A stretch of 64,000 bases of DNA from an uncultured archaeon (GTDB taxonomy: Archaea > Thermoproteota > Nitrososphaeria > Nitrososphaerales > Gagatemarchaeaceae): contig CAWCYD010000003.1 in NCBI GenBank assembly GCA_963799775.1, forward strand, positions 416,001 to 480,000. The letters are read 5' to 3'. The position numbers and the translations under genes are program-made. Positions 30,869-41,474 of this stretch are shown in pieces; within the stretch, counting starts at the first letter, position 1; each line of letters begins with the position of its first letter. The notes beneath the pieces are model-generated. The model saw nothing but the letters and a program-made list of their open reading frames with translations. It was not told the origin of the DNA and searched no databases.

Positions 30869-31852
30869 GTGCCGAAGTTGGAGAAGACCGCCGTCACGGG
30901 AGGGGCAGGGTTCATAGGCAGTCACATCGTCAGGAGGCTGGTCGACGAAGGCAGAGACGTGAGCGTCATCGACGACCTCTCGGCAGGGTCGTTGCGAAAC
31001 CTCTCGGACCTCAGAGTCAAGAGGAAGCCAAGGGTCGGCGATCTGCGCGACTATAGATTCGCGAAGGCGTCGTTGCGCGGCGTGGAGACGGTGTTCCATT
31101 TCGCAGCCGAGGTGGGGAGCGTCACCTATCTGCATGGGTCCAACGCCAGCGAGCTCGCCGCGCTCCAGTCGAACATCCTCATTGATGCCAACGTGTTCAA
31201 GGCCTGTCTCGAAAACGGAGTGAAGACGGTGATCTATGCGTCGAGCGTCTCTGTCTACCCCTTCGACGAGCAGATGGGGTCCAACGTCCAGTTCAAGGAG
31301 GAGGACGCCGAGCGCCGAGTGAATCCCGAGGGGGGATACGGGTGGTCGAAGTACATCGCAGAGAAGCAGCTCGCTCTCATGCCCGTCACATCGTATGGGA
31401 CGGCGAGGATATTTCACGCCTACGGCAAGAACATCTACTTGAAGCCAGACCGAAGCCAGGTGATAGCCTCCCTGATCAGGAAGGCCCTCAGGTATCCCAG
31501 GGAGGACTTCGTCGTCTGGGGGGATGGCACGCAGAGGCGCTGCTTCGTCTACATCGACGATGCTCTCGACGCACTGATGCTCCTCGAGAGGCACGTCAAG
31601 AGGCACGGGAGCCTCACGGTGAACATCGGCTCGACCGAGGAGGTGACAGTCCGAGACCTCGCCCAGAGGGTGGTCCGCCTCTCTAACAAGGACATCTCCA
31701 TCAAGTTCGACAAGTCGAAGCCAACTGGAGTGCTGAACCGGACGCCGAACCTTGAGAGGGCAAAGCAGACACTAGGGTGGTCGCCCACCACGTCCTTCTC
31801 GGAGGGACTCGGGACGACGTTCCGTTGGGCAGAGTCCAGGCTGAGGAACTGA
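30869..31852 (+). CDS. NAD-dependent epimerase (GDP-mannose-3,5-epimerase-like)
   Basis: TGGAGFIGSH, YGWSK, VWGDGTQRRCFVYIDD, PTGV. Confidence 0.9.
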   Translation: MPKLEKTAVTGGAGFIGSHIVRRLVDEGRDVSVIDDLSAGSLRNLSDLRVKRKPRVGDLRDYRFAKASLRGVETVFHFAAEVGSVTYLHGSNASELAALQSNILIDANVFKACLENGVKTVIYASSVSVYPFDEQMGSNVQFKEEDAERRVNPEGGYGWSKYIAEKQLALMPVTSYGTARIFHAYGKNIYLKPDRSQVIASLIRKALRYPREDFVVWGDGTQRRCFVYIDDALDALMLLERHVKRHGSLTVNIGSTEEVTVRDLAQRVVRLSNKDISIKFDKSKPTGVLNRTPNLERAKQTLGWSPTTSFSEGLGTTFRWAESRLRN

Positions 31853-31896
31853 CTCGGAGGCGCTGAGCACTCGAGGATGAGCGAGGTCTCGTCTGG

Positions 31897-33036
31897 TTGA
31901 GGGCGGGAACGAGCAGGGCGCAAGCCGCCGGCGCTGTCTTGGTAGCCGCGCTGGTCATCATAGGTGCGGCGTACGTCGCCTTGGTCCCATCGAGGGCCTC
32001 TACGACCGCCACGACACTCTCGGAGTCGACGCCCAGCTCGGGTTCCTCGACCCAGACACAGACTCTGCAGACCTCGAGCTCGACCATCCTCTCATCTTCT
32101 TCCTCATCGACGGCCTCGACCCCAAGCGGCTACTCGACATCGTCTTCCTCCAGCTCCGTCGCCTCGCTCTCTTCGTCCTCCTCTCTGAGCTCCTCCAACT
32201 CGCAGCCGATAACACACGTCGTCATCATCCTCATGGAGAACGAAGAGGAGAGCAGCGTCATCGGGAACCCGGAGGCCCCCTATCAGAACAGCCTCGCTTC
32301 TAGCTACGCGCTCGCGGGTAACTACTTCGGGGTCGCCCACCCCTCGCTTCCCAACTACCTTGCGCTGATATCGGGCAGCACCTTCGGGGTCAACAGCGAC
32401 TGCCTGCCCGCGCAGTGCACCCTCCCGGGCAGCGTGAGCACCATCGCGACCCTGCTCGACTCACACCACCTTTCGTGGAAGGAGTACGCAGAGTCGATGC
32501 CCGCGAACTGCTCTCAGACCAACAGCCCTGACGGCTACTACTACCCGAAGCACGACCCATTCGTCTACTTCGGCGCGATCACCGGGAACAACGGGACGGG
32601 GGCGACCTCGAGCTACTGCGAATCCCACGTCGTCTCCTTGAACCAGTTCTATATCGACCTCCAGGCGGGCAACCTTCCCAGCTACTCGTTCATCACCCCC
32701 AACATATACGACGACGCCCACAGCGCCCCACTCTCTACGGGCGACGAGTGGCTCTCGACCTTCGTCTCCAAGATAATCAACTCGAGCTCCTTCTCCTCGA
32801 CAGCCCTCTTCATCACCTACGACGAGGGGAACGACAACGACACGACCCTAGGAGGGGGGCAGGTGCCATGCATCCTTGTCTCGCCGTTTGCGAAGATGGG
32901 ATACGTCTCTCACGTCCAGTATTCGCACTACTCGCTGCTGGCAACGGTCGAGGCGATCTTCAACCTCGGCAGTCTGGGGAAGAACGACGCCAACGCGACC
33001 GTCATGTCCGACATGTTCGCGCGCGGCTTCCCCTGA
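31897..33036 (+). CDS. membrane-anchored phosphoesterase (acid phosphatase/PLC family) with Ser/Thr linker
   Basis: N-terminal TM, S/T-rich tract, HVVIILMEN, HPSLPNY, KHDPF, ITYDE, HYSLLATVE. Confidence 0.88.
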   Translation: MRAGTSRAQAAGAVLVAALVIIGAAYVALVPSRASTTATTLSESTPSSGSSTQTQTLQTSSSTILSSSSSSTASTPSGYSTSSSSSSVASLSSSSSLSSSNSQPITHVVIILMENEEESSVIGNPEAPYQNSLASSYALAGNYFGVAHPSLPNYLALISGSTFGVNSDCLPAQCTLPGSVSTIATLLDSHHLSWKEYAESMPANCSQTNSPDGYYYPKHDPFVYFGAITGNNGTGATSSYCESHVVSLNQFYIDLQAGNLPSYSFITPNIYDDAHSAPLSTGDEWLSTFVSKIINSSSFSSTALFITYDEGNDNDTTLGGGQVPCILVSPFAKMGYVSHVQYSHYSLLATVEAIFNLGSLGKNDANATVMSDMFARGFP

Positions 33037-33081
33037 CCGGACAATCCTAATACGGGGGAGCGCCGCGGCAGGTCGTCTCCT

Positions 33082-36000
33082 TTGCAAACGCCCGTCGCGA
33101 AGCAATTCGACCTAGCCGAGAGGCTGCGCTCCCTCACAGAACCCGCGAGCGACCTCGAAGAGGGGCTCCTGGTGTCGGCGACATACGACGGCCAGACCCG
33201 GAAGGCCGTGCTGAAATTCTACGACGCGAAGCGGGAGAGGGTCTGGCTTTGGGAGGACAAGACGGGGCACAAGCCGTACTGCTACACCAGGCTCTCCGAG
33301 TCGGAGATAGCCGCGGCGGGCGTCGAGGTGGGGAAGAACGGGGTCTTGGCCATCGAGCCTGCCCAGCGCCGAGACCTTCTGAGCGACTCCGAAGTGACGG
33401 TGAGGAGGATAACCGCGTCCGACCCGCTGGCGATAGGTGGCTCCCCGGGGAGTCTTCGGGAGAAGATGGAGTGCTGGGAGGCGGACATCAAGTACTTTGA
33501 GAACTACGTTTACGACAGGGGCCTGAGGGTCGGGGCATACTACAAAATCTCCCACGGGGAGCTCTCCCCGGTGGAGAAGGAGGTCGCCGGCGAGGTGAAG
33601 CGGTCCCTTGACTCGATTCTAGCCAGGGCCACTGGCGACGCCGCCCAATACATCAACGCCTGGGCAGAGCTGCTGGGCCAGCCGCTTTCGGGATTCAAGA
33701 GGATCGCGTGCGACATCGAGGTCGCCAACGAGGAAAACCGCATCCCCGACCCGGAGCTCGCGGATAGGAAGGTGATCGCGGTGTCGTTCTACAACGACAA
33801 GGAGTCGATTGTCTACCTGCTCGACGAGTCCGGGCAGGACAAGTCGCTCGACGTGGCGCTGACGGGGTACACGCCCACGGTCTTCGCCGACGAGGCCTCC
33901 CTGCTGAGGGCGACCTTCGCGAAGATGATGGAATACCCCTTCCTCATCACTTTCAACGGGGACGACTTCGACCTCCGGTACCTCAAGCACAGGGCTTTGA
34001 GAAAAGAGATAGGCGTCAAGGAGGAGGAGATCCCGATCGCGCTCCAGAGGCAGGAGGCCTCCCTCAAGCACGGAGTCCACATCGACCTCTACCGCTTCTT
34101 CAACAACCGATCGATCCAGGTCTATGTCTACAACAACAGGTACACGGAGCACACGCTCAACGGGATCGCGGAGGCGCTCCTCGGGAAGGAGAAGATACCC
34201 TTCGAGGGCAACATCGCCGAGCTCCCCCTCGTGACGCTCGCCGACTACTGCCTGAACGACTCTACGCTCACCTACGAACTCACTGCGGCCAACGACTCTC
34301 TTCTGATGAAGATGGTCCTGGTAATCGCGAGGATCGCCAAGATGCCCATGAACGATGTCGTCAGGCTCGGGGTGTCCAACTGGATCCGGAGCATGATATT
34401 CTACGACCACCGCCGCATCGGCGCGCTCATCCCTCGCTCGGACGAGCTCAAGGAGAAGGGCGGCGCCTCGTCGGAGGCGATAATCAAGGGCAAGAAGTAC
34501 AAGGGCGGGCTCGTCATCGAGCCGAAGCCAGGAATCTACTTCGGGGTGTCGGTTCTCGACTTCGCCTCCCTCTACCCGAGCATCATCAAGGTCCACAACC
34601 TCTCCTATGAAACCGTCAACTGCATCCATGAGGAGTGCAGGACCAACCGGGTACCGGACACCGACCACTGGGTGTGCACGAAGCGGAGCGGGATAGAGAG
34701 CCTCCTCATCGGCTCGCTCCGCGACCTTCGCGTCGGCCACTACAAGGCGCTCTCTAAGGACAAGACCCTCCCCAAAGAGACGAGGGACCTCTACACCACT
34801 GTCACTCAGGGCCTAAAAGTTTTCCTGAATGCGTGCTTCACTGGGGACACGCTGGTCGTCACTCCTACCGGGATCAAGAACATCAAGGAGTTTAGGGTGG
34901 GAGACCAAGTCGTCAACGTCAACCCGGAGACCCTCGAGGTAGAGGTGGACAAGGTCGTGGCGGTTCAGGCCTATCAGTACAACGGCGACATCTACCACTT
35001 TCAAGACAAGAGGTTCGTAGACCTCATGGTCACCCCTAACCACAGACTCTTGACCGTCGATAGGCGCAGATCCTCGAGAAGCGGGGCAATGTTCAGGTCG
35101 GCCGAGGAGGTCCGAGACCTTGCGAACGTTGCCATTCCAAAACTGCGAGCGGGCCTGAGACGGGACTCGGCCAACCGCAAGGTCTCGTTGCTCAAGGTGG
35201 CCCAAGAGTGCGGCGCGTTTGCGAGCTTCTATCCACCCTCAGGGGTCCGGCTGATAGACTGGTTCCGGACGCTTCAGCCCGAGCTGCAGATGAAGACCCG
35301 CGAGCACGGACGGGTCAGGAAACTCGGAACTCAACCCACCTGGGAGATTGCGGTGAAGAACCGGCAGTCGCGCTACGAGCTGCCCGCTTACGCGGTCGAA
35401 GAAGTCGACGTCGACGCCGTCGAGGCCGCCGGAGGCCGGGTCATGCTCGGCGAGTCGCACTCAAGGCAAGTCCCAGCTCGCTATGTCGCGGGGGACCTCG
35501 CTTCGCTCTGCGGCTGGTTCGTCTCCGAAGGCAACCCACACGCCACGCCGATGAAGGTGTACGCGAGCGGCCGGGTCCGTGGCAAGACCTCGGGTATCAC
35601 GATTTCGCAAGGGTTCGGGAAAGGGAACGCTATGGGAACCCACTACAGGGTTGAGATACAAGGTCTCCTCGGCAGGCTCGGCCTCAAGAGCATCCAAGAT
35701 TCGGGCCGAAACAAGTACTTCAAAGTCAGCAGCTCGATCCTGAACCGCTGGATGCTCTCGCAGTGCTACGTCGAGGGTCAGGACCATGACGCCGCCGCGA
35801 AGAGAATCCCCGATTTCGTCTTCGAATCGAGCGAGACGTTGAGGGAATTCCTCGCCTCGGCCTACAAAGGCGACGGCAACAAAAGGGGTGTCAGGTATTC
35901 GACGGTGAGCACGCGGCTTGCGCATGACATGGTCGTCTTGCTGAGCCTCCTTGGGTACAAGGCCAGGCTGACCTACGAGAGCGAGTCCCGCATCTACCGG

Positions 36001-38345
36001 ATAGTCTTCAAGAACGTCAGTTCGAAGCTAACCTACTCCGGCCAGGAGAAGCGCAAGAGACTGAAAATCCTGCCCTTCGAAGGGACCGTCTACTGCGTGA
36101 CGACCGAGAGGAACCACACAGTCATCGCCGGCAGGAACGGCAGGTTCGTCCCTGTCGGTCAGTCTTACGGTGTGATGGGATTTGAAACGTTCGCGCTCTA
36201 CTGCCTACCCGTCGCAGACGCGACGGCCGCCTTTGGTAGGGACGCCATAACCAGGACGATCGAGAAATGCAAGCAAGAGGACGTCTCTGTGATCTACTCT
36301 GACAGCGTCACAGGAGAGAGATGCGTGACGGTGATGGATCCAGCCGGTATGGTCAAGGTGATGCCGATAGCGGAGTTCTTTGACGCTTTCGGCGAAGTCA
36401 CCACACGCTCGGACGGAAAGGATGAGGTGCATCCCAAAGGATGGAAGACCCTGGGCACCAGCATCGAGACCGGAGATACGGAGTGGAAGGAAGTGAAGGC
36501 GGCCATCAGGCACCGGAACGCGAAGAAAATCTACAGAGTATGGGACAAGTTCGGCTCAACAAGGGTGACCGAAGACCATTCGCTCGTGGCTTATCGCGGC
36601 GGCGTCCGCGTACTGTCGAGGCCGCAGGGAACCTTCAGGGGAAGCACCTGGTGCGCATCAACAGGTTTCCAGAGGGAGGCAGTATCGATTTGATTGATAC
36701 CTATAAAGTGCTCGAGCCAGTGAAGTACCGCGTTCGCTACAAAGGAAAATGGAAGACGCTCCAAGCGCACTGCGACGAGAGCAGGGTTTGGTACTCCTGG
36801 ACTGAGAGAGCGAGACCAATCAAGCTGAAACGGTTTATCGGAATCGGGTCGCCCGAGTTTAGGGCCCTCGTGGAACTCTTGGGCGCTTACGTCCCAGAGG
36901 GAAGCTCAAGCACGCCAGAGACAACCAAGTCTCACATCGGCGCTTCGATTGCGTGCTCCGACGTCCAATGGCTCGAGCGCCAGCGGCAGAACTACTATTC
37001 CTTGTTCTCAGATGCAAAGGCGTCGATTACCGAATCAAGCCCAGGAACGCGTGAGCTCACGTATGTCTCGACGTCAGGCAAGACCATACAAATCCAGTAC
37101 CAAGATAAGACCCACAAGCTGCAGATGATGAACGAGATCTCAGCCGTTTTCTTCAAGGCGTTCTGCGGCCAGAAGAGCTTCGGAAAGCAGCTTCCAGACT
37201 TCATATTCAATGCGCCGGACGAGTTCAAGCGACTCATGCTCGAGAACCTGATTAAAGGAGATGGCTCGCGCAAGTTTGGGAGAGCATACTCTCAGGAATA
37301 CAAGCTGAAGAACTTCAAGTACGAGAGCAGGTCTCTTCGATTGACTAGCGGGTTGTCCACGCTTCTCATGCAGCTGGGAATAAACCACACTGTCGCATTT
37401 CGACCGAGCAAGAACACATATGCTATCGCGACTTCGACCAAGTACAACAATACAAGCCGATCGCCTCGGACAATCGAGGAGAGCTATGAGGGATACGTCT
37501 ATGACCTGTCCGTCGAAGGATATCACACTTTCAGCGACGCGTGCGGAAGCGTGGTGCTCAAGAACACGGACTCTTTGTTCATCGAGAACCCCGACAAGGA
37601 GAAGGTCTCCGGCGTGCTAAAGTGGGCCGAGAAGGAGCTCGGGGTGGAGCTCGAGGTCGACAAGGCGTACCGATACGTCGCGTTCAGCCAGCTCAAAAAG
37701 AACTACTTCGGCGTCCTGCAGGATGGCACTGCCGACATCAAAGGATTGACGGGCAAAAAATCGCAGACCCCCGAGTACCTCAAGAACCAGTTCTACGAGA
37801 TGCTAGGCATTCTCGGCGCCGTCTACAGCCAGTCAGACTTCGACCAGGCAAAGGCCCGGATCAAGAAGCTGCTGACTGACATGGTGACTAGCCTGAAAGA
37901 TAGGAAAGTCCCCATCGAGGCCATCTCGTTCAACGTCATGATGGGCAAGTCCATCGGCGGATACAAGTCCACGCGGACGCCAGAAGCCCCGAAGAAGGAG
38001 GCCCAGCGCAGCGGCGCTCAGGCATCTCTCCGCGAGGGCCCTCAAGAGCCGCCGCAGCAACCCGGCATCTCGGCGGCAGAGATGAGCGGCCTCCCCCAAC
38101 ACGTAAAGGCCGCGATCCTCATGAGAAACTCGAACAAGGAGATTAGGGCGGGCGAGCTCATCTCGTTCGTGAAGACAAAGGGCGGCCACGGGGTCAAGCC
38201 CACCGTCCAGGCCAAGCCCGACGACATCGACGTGGACAAGTACATCGAGTACGCCAGCTCCATGTTCGACCAGGTCCTCAGCGCCCTCGACCTGTCTTTC
38301 GAGCAGGTGGTCCCCAAGACCAGCCTTGATGCCTTCTGGAGCTAG
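33082..38345 (+). CDS. polB1: family B DNA polymerase (PolB1) with two inteins; frameshift in intein 2
   Basis: ExoI CDIEV, ExoII FNGDDFD, DFASLYPS, KVFLNA|SYG, YSD|TDS, KKNY.G, PQHVKAA. Confidence 0.93.
34834..36162 (+). other. intein 1 (443 aa, LAGLIDADG type) in polymerase motif B
   Basis: NA|CFTGDT...VTPNHR...GWFVSEG...AYKGDG...VYCVT..NH..RNGRFVPVGQ|SYG. Confidence 0.9.
36304..37565 (+). other. intein 2 (LAGLIDADG type) in polymerase motif C
   Basis: YSD|SVTGER...VTEDHSL...GAYVPEG...LIKGDG...YVYDLSVEG..VVLKN|TDS; 1262 nt, so one base is missing near 36630. Confidence 0.88.
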
Positions 38346-40053
38346 GCGAAAGCGCGGACCTTTTCCTTCAGCTCTGCGACGAGGTCGTCGACCTTGACCC
38401 CGTAGCGGACCTCGCCTCTGGCGGGTCTGACTGAAATCGTCCCCGCCTCCTTTTCTTTGCCTCCGAGAACAAGCATGAACGGGGACCTTCTGAAGCTGCG
38501 CGTCCCGGATCTTCCCTCCTATCGTCCCAGAGTCGAAGACCCTCTCCACGCGCAAACCCGCGCCTTCGACCTTGCTCGCCACCCCCTCCGCGTAGTCCCT
38601 CGCGTCGTCGGTGACTGTCATCACCCGCACCTGGACCGGGGCCAGCCAGAGCGGCAGGTGCCCCTGGGTCTGCTCCAGCAGATAGGCGACGAACCTCTCG
38701 TAGCTCCCCAGTATCGCCCGGTGGATGACGATGACGTGCCTCTTCTCCCCGCCTTCCTCGTAGGTCAACCCGAGCCTCTTGGGAACGACGATGTCGGCCT
38801 GCGATGTGGCGATCGTCTCCTCCTTCCCCATGGTGTTCTTGATCTGGACGTCTATCTTTGGGCCGTAGAAGGCGGCCTCGCCCTTCTCCTCCTCGTACCT
38901 TTGGCCGAACTCCTTCATCGCCGCCCTTATCTCCTCGCTCGCGAACATCCAGTCTGGGTCGCCGACGAACTTCTCAGGGTTCCCTTCAAAGTCGGGAAGC
39001 GAGAGCCTGAACCAGTACCCCGTCACGCCCATAACCTGGTAGACGTCTCGGAACATCGCGAGGAACCTTGAGGAACTCCTCCTTGAGCTGCTCCCTCTTC
39101 ACGTAGATGTGCGCGTCGTTCTGGGTGAAGCTCAGAACCCTGATCAGCCCGTAGGTCACTCCCGAGAGCTCCTTGCGGAAGTCCACGCCGGGCTCGGCGA
39201 GTCGGAGAGGGAGGTCCCTGTAGCTCTTGACCAACTGCTTGAATATCATGTGATGGTGCGGGCAGTTCATGGGTCTGAGGTAATACTGCTCGCCCTCCAG
39301 CTCGAGCGGTGGGTACATCGAGTCGGCGTAGTAGGGCAGATGGCCGGTCTTCTCGTATAGCTTCCCGTTTGTGATCACAGGAGTGCTGACGTACTTGTAT
39401 CCGTTCTTTTCTTCCACACCTCTCATGTACTCGACCAGGATGTGGCGCATGACCTCGCCCTTCGGCATCCAGAGCGGGAGCCCGTGTCCCACGTCGTCGG
39501 CGAAGGTGAAGATCTGCATGTCCTGGCCCAGGATCCTGTGGTCGTTCGGGGGAAGGTCATTCCTATCGAGGATGATCTTTCGAGATGTGACCTTGGGAGG
39601 CTGGGTGTGGGCGCTCACCTTCTCTGCCTTTACCTGGGCGCTAGCGCCGTAGACCCGCGACTGCTCGGCGAGGGGATGGCCCTTGACCTTGATCTGGAAC
39701 GCCTTGTTCCAACCGAACGGCGCCCGATAAGTCTCCACCCCGGACTCGCGCGAGTATCGCTCCATCGCCTTCAAGACCTCGAGCGCGTCCTTGGGGCGAG
39801 CCAGGTTCGAGCTCAGGTGGGCGTACGGGTAGATGATCACCCTGTTGACCTTTAGCTTCCCGAGGAACTCCCTTGTCCCCTCGTTCGCCTGTCTCGCGAC
39901 CGCGTCGTCGTCGCCGTTCTCGACGCTCACGAAGAGGGCGACGATCTCCTCGTACCTCTGTTTCTTCTTGTCCGCGATCTCCTCCGCTGATTGGATCTCC
40001 TTGCCGATGGGCTCGTACTCGATGAAGTCGAGATGCTGTTGAAGTATCCTCAT
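38342..40053 (-). CDS. thrS: threonyl-tRNA synthetase (two frameshifts)
   Basis: Archaeal editing domain YPYAHLS/APFGW/KGHPLAE; RPMNCPHH, FTQNDAH, AFYGPKID, IHRAILGS.ERF. Confidence 0.93.
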
Positions 40054-40074
40054 CTGGAATCCCCGGCGTCTAAC

Positions 40075-40281
40075 CTAGCCCCAGCGGGCCCTTTGCATGT
40101 CCCTTTCCTTCTTGGTGGCCTTCTTCCAGGTCTTGTAGTGGTCATGGCACAGGTAGACGCGCCTCCCGTCTCCGGAGGCCGAGAGGCCGCTCCCGGCGAG
40201 CTGGTCCTTTCCGATGGACCTCTCGCCAGCGTTCTTGCAGCCCGAGATGGAGCATCCAACGCCCTTGTCGACCTTGCCCAT
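40075..40281 (-). CDS. small conserved Zn-binding protein
   Basis: CSISGC...YLCHDHYK. Confidence 0.7.
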   Translation of the reverse strand: MGKVDKGVGCSISGCKNAGERSIGKDQLAGSGLSASGDGRRVYLCHDHYKTWKKATKKERDMQRARWG

Positions 40282-40315
40282 CGTGGAATCGGGCTCCTCA
40301 GTCCATATTTATAGG

Positions 40316-40948
40316 ATGTTCTCGCTTCGGCCACCACCACACTTGCTCGACAGGCTTAGAGGCTCTCTCGCATCATCCCTTGCCTCTCTGGGAAAGGGCG
40401 CCGCTCGGGTCGTCCCCAATCCCACCGGCTGGACTCTGATGGGTCTCCTCTTCGCCATCGTCGCGTTCCTCTTTTACGCGGCGAGCCACGCGCTAATAGG
40501 CGGCCTGCTCCTCGCCGTCTCGGGCTTCTTCGACGTAGTGGACGGGGCCGTCGCAAGGGCCACGGGGCGGACCAGCCAAAGAGGTGCCTTCCTCGATTCG
40601 ACGCTAGACAGGGTGACCGAGGTGCTCGTTTTCGTGGGGATCCTCATAGGGAAATTGGCCTCGCCCCTCCTCGTCCTTCTCGCCCTATCCTTCAGCCTGC
40701 TTGTGAGCTACGCGCGCGCCAAGGGAGACGCCCTCGGTGTGAGCCTCGCAGGAAAAGGGATCGGCGAGAGGAGCGAGCGACTGGTCGTGCTCATCATAGC
40801 CTCGGTCCTCGGGATCCTGTGGGTCGGGGTCGCGATCGTGGTCGTCCTTGCCCTGGTCACGTTCGTCCAGAGGACCGTTTCGCTGAGCAATTCGTTAGGG
40901 CGGCGGTCCTCGGCCCGGCTGGACCAGCCACCTCCTCGCTCCCCGTAA
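40316..40948 (+). CDS. CDP-alcohol phosphatidyltransferase (archaeal lipid head-group synthase)
   Basis: DVVDGAVAR...GAFLDSTLDR, SYARAK, GERSER; start may be at 40343. Confidence 0.9.
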   Translation: MFSLRPPPHLLDRLRGSLASSLASLGKGAARVVPNPTGWTLMGLLFAIVAFLFYAASHALIGGLLLAVSGFFDVVDGAVARATGRTSQRGAFLDSTLDRVTEVLVFVGILIGKLASPLLVLLALSFSLLVSYARAKGDALGVSLAGKGIGERSERLVVLIIASVLGILWVGVAIVVVLALVTFVQRTVSLSNSLGRRSSARLDQPPPRSP

Positions 40949-40978
40949 GGGACAGCGTGAGCTGTCCTATCGGGCCTT

Positions 40979-41254
40979 CTAGCCCATGCGTCTTTCCGAC
41001 TTGGCTCTTACGTTCACTATCCCGTAGTGTACGGAACAGCTGATGCAGTAATAGCGAACGGTCGTGGGAGACGCGATGTACGCGCCGGCCGCCCTGAGCT
41101 CTCTTGCTAGGATAGGCTCGACCATGCTCAATCGCGTGGTGACCTTCTTCGCCTTGTCCCTCGGGACGTGCGCACCGCAGTTGCTGCACGAAATGAAGCC
41201 GGAGCTGCCCTTTCCGCCCTTCGATCTGCCCCGACTCTTTCTCTTCTTTGTCAA
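40979..41254 (-). CDS. rps26e: 30S ribosomal protein S26e
   Basis: KKRKSRGRSKG..CSNCG..VPRDKAKK..YCISCSVH..VRAK. Confidence 0.95.
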   Translation of the reverse strand: MTKKRKSRGRSKGGKGSSGFISCSNCGAHVPRDKAKKVTTRLSMVEPILARELRAAGAYIASPTTVRYYCISCSVHYGIVNVRAKSERRMG

Positions 41255-41329
41255 GCTGAATACCGAGAAAGGCGCCCCCGGGGCCTGCTTAAAAGCTTGG
41301 GGCGTGGCGAGGGTGGTTCTCCCATGTCG

Positions 41330-41474
41330 TCGTGTTCTGCATATTTATGCTGGACGGAAGGGCATTCTCCCATTCGCTCTCTTTGGAGCATTGTGGCTTT
41401 CGCGGTAGCCTGTGGCCCAACCTGTTCCACGCGCTCTGAGGCGCAAGAACCTAACGGGCTCTAGCTCTTTTTGC
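41330..41474 (-). ncRNA. putative bridge/seek RNA region
   Basis: Stem-loops with segments matching both flanks and one junction (see findings). Confidence 0.6.

Noticed and set aside
32000-32210. Repetitive TCN-rich tract
   Set aside because: It simply encodes the Ser/Thr linker of the phosphoesterase.
12560-34740. Long antisense or alternative-frame ORFs (e.g. 12560-13645, 18681-19949, 33619-34740)
   Set aside because: Shadow ORFs expected at high GC; they overlap well-supported genes and have no motifs.
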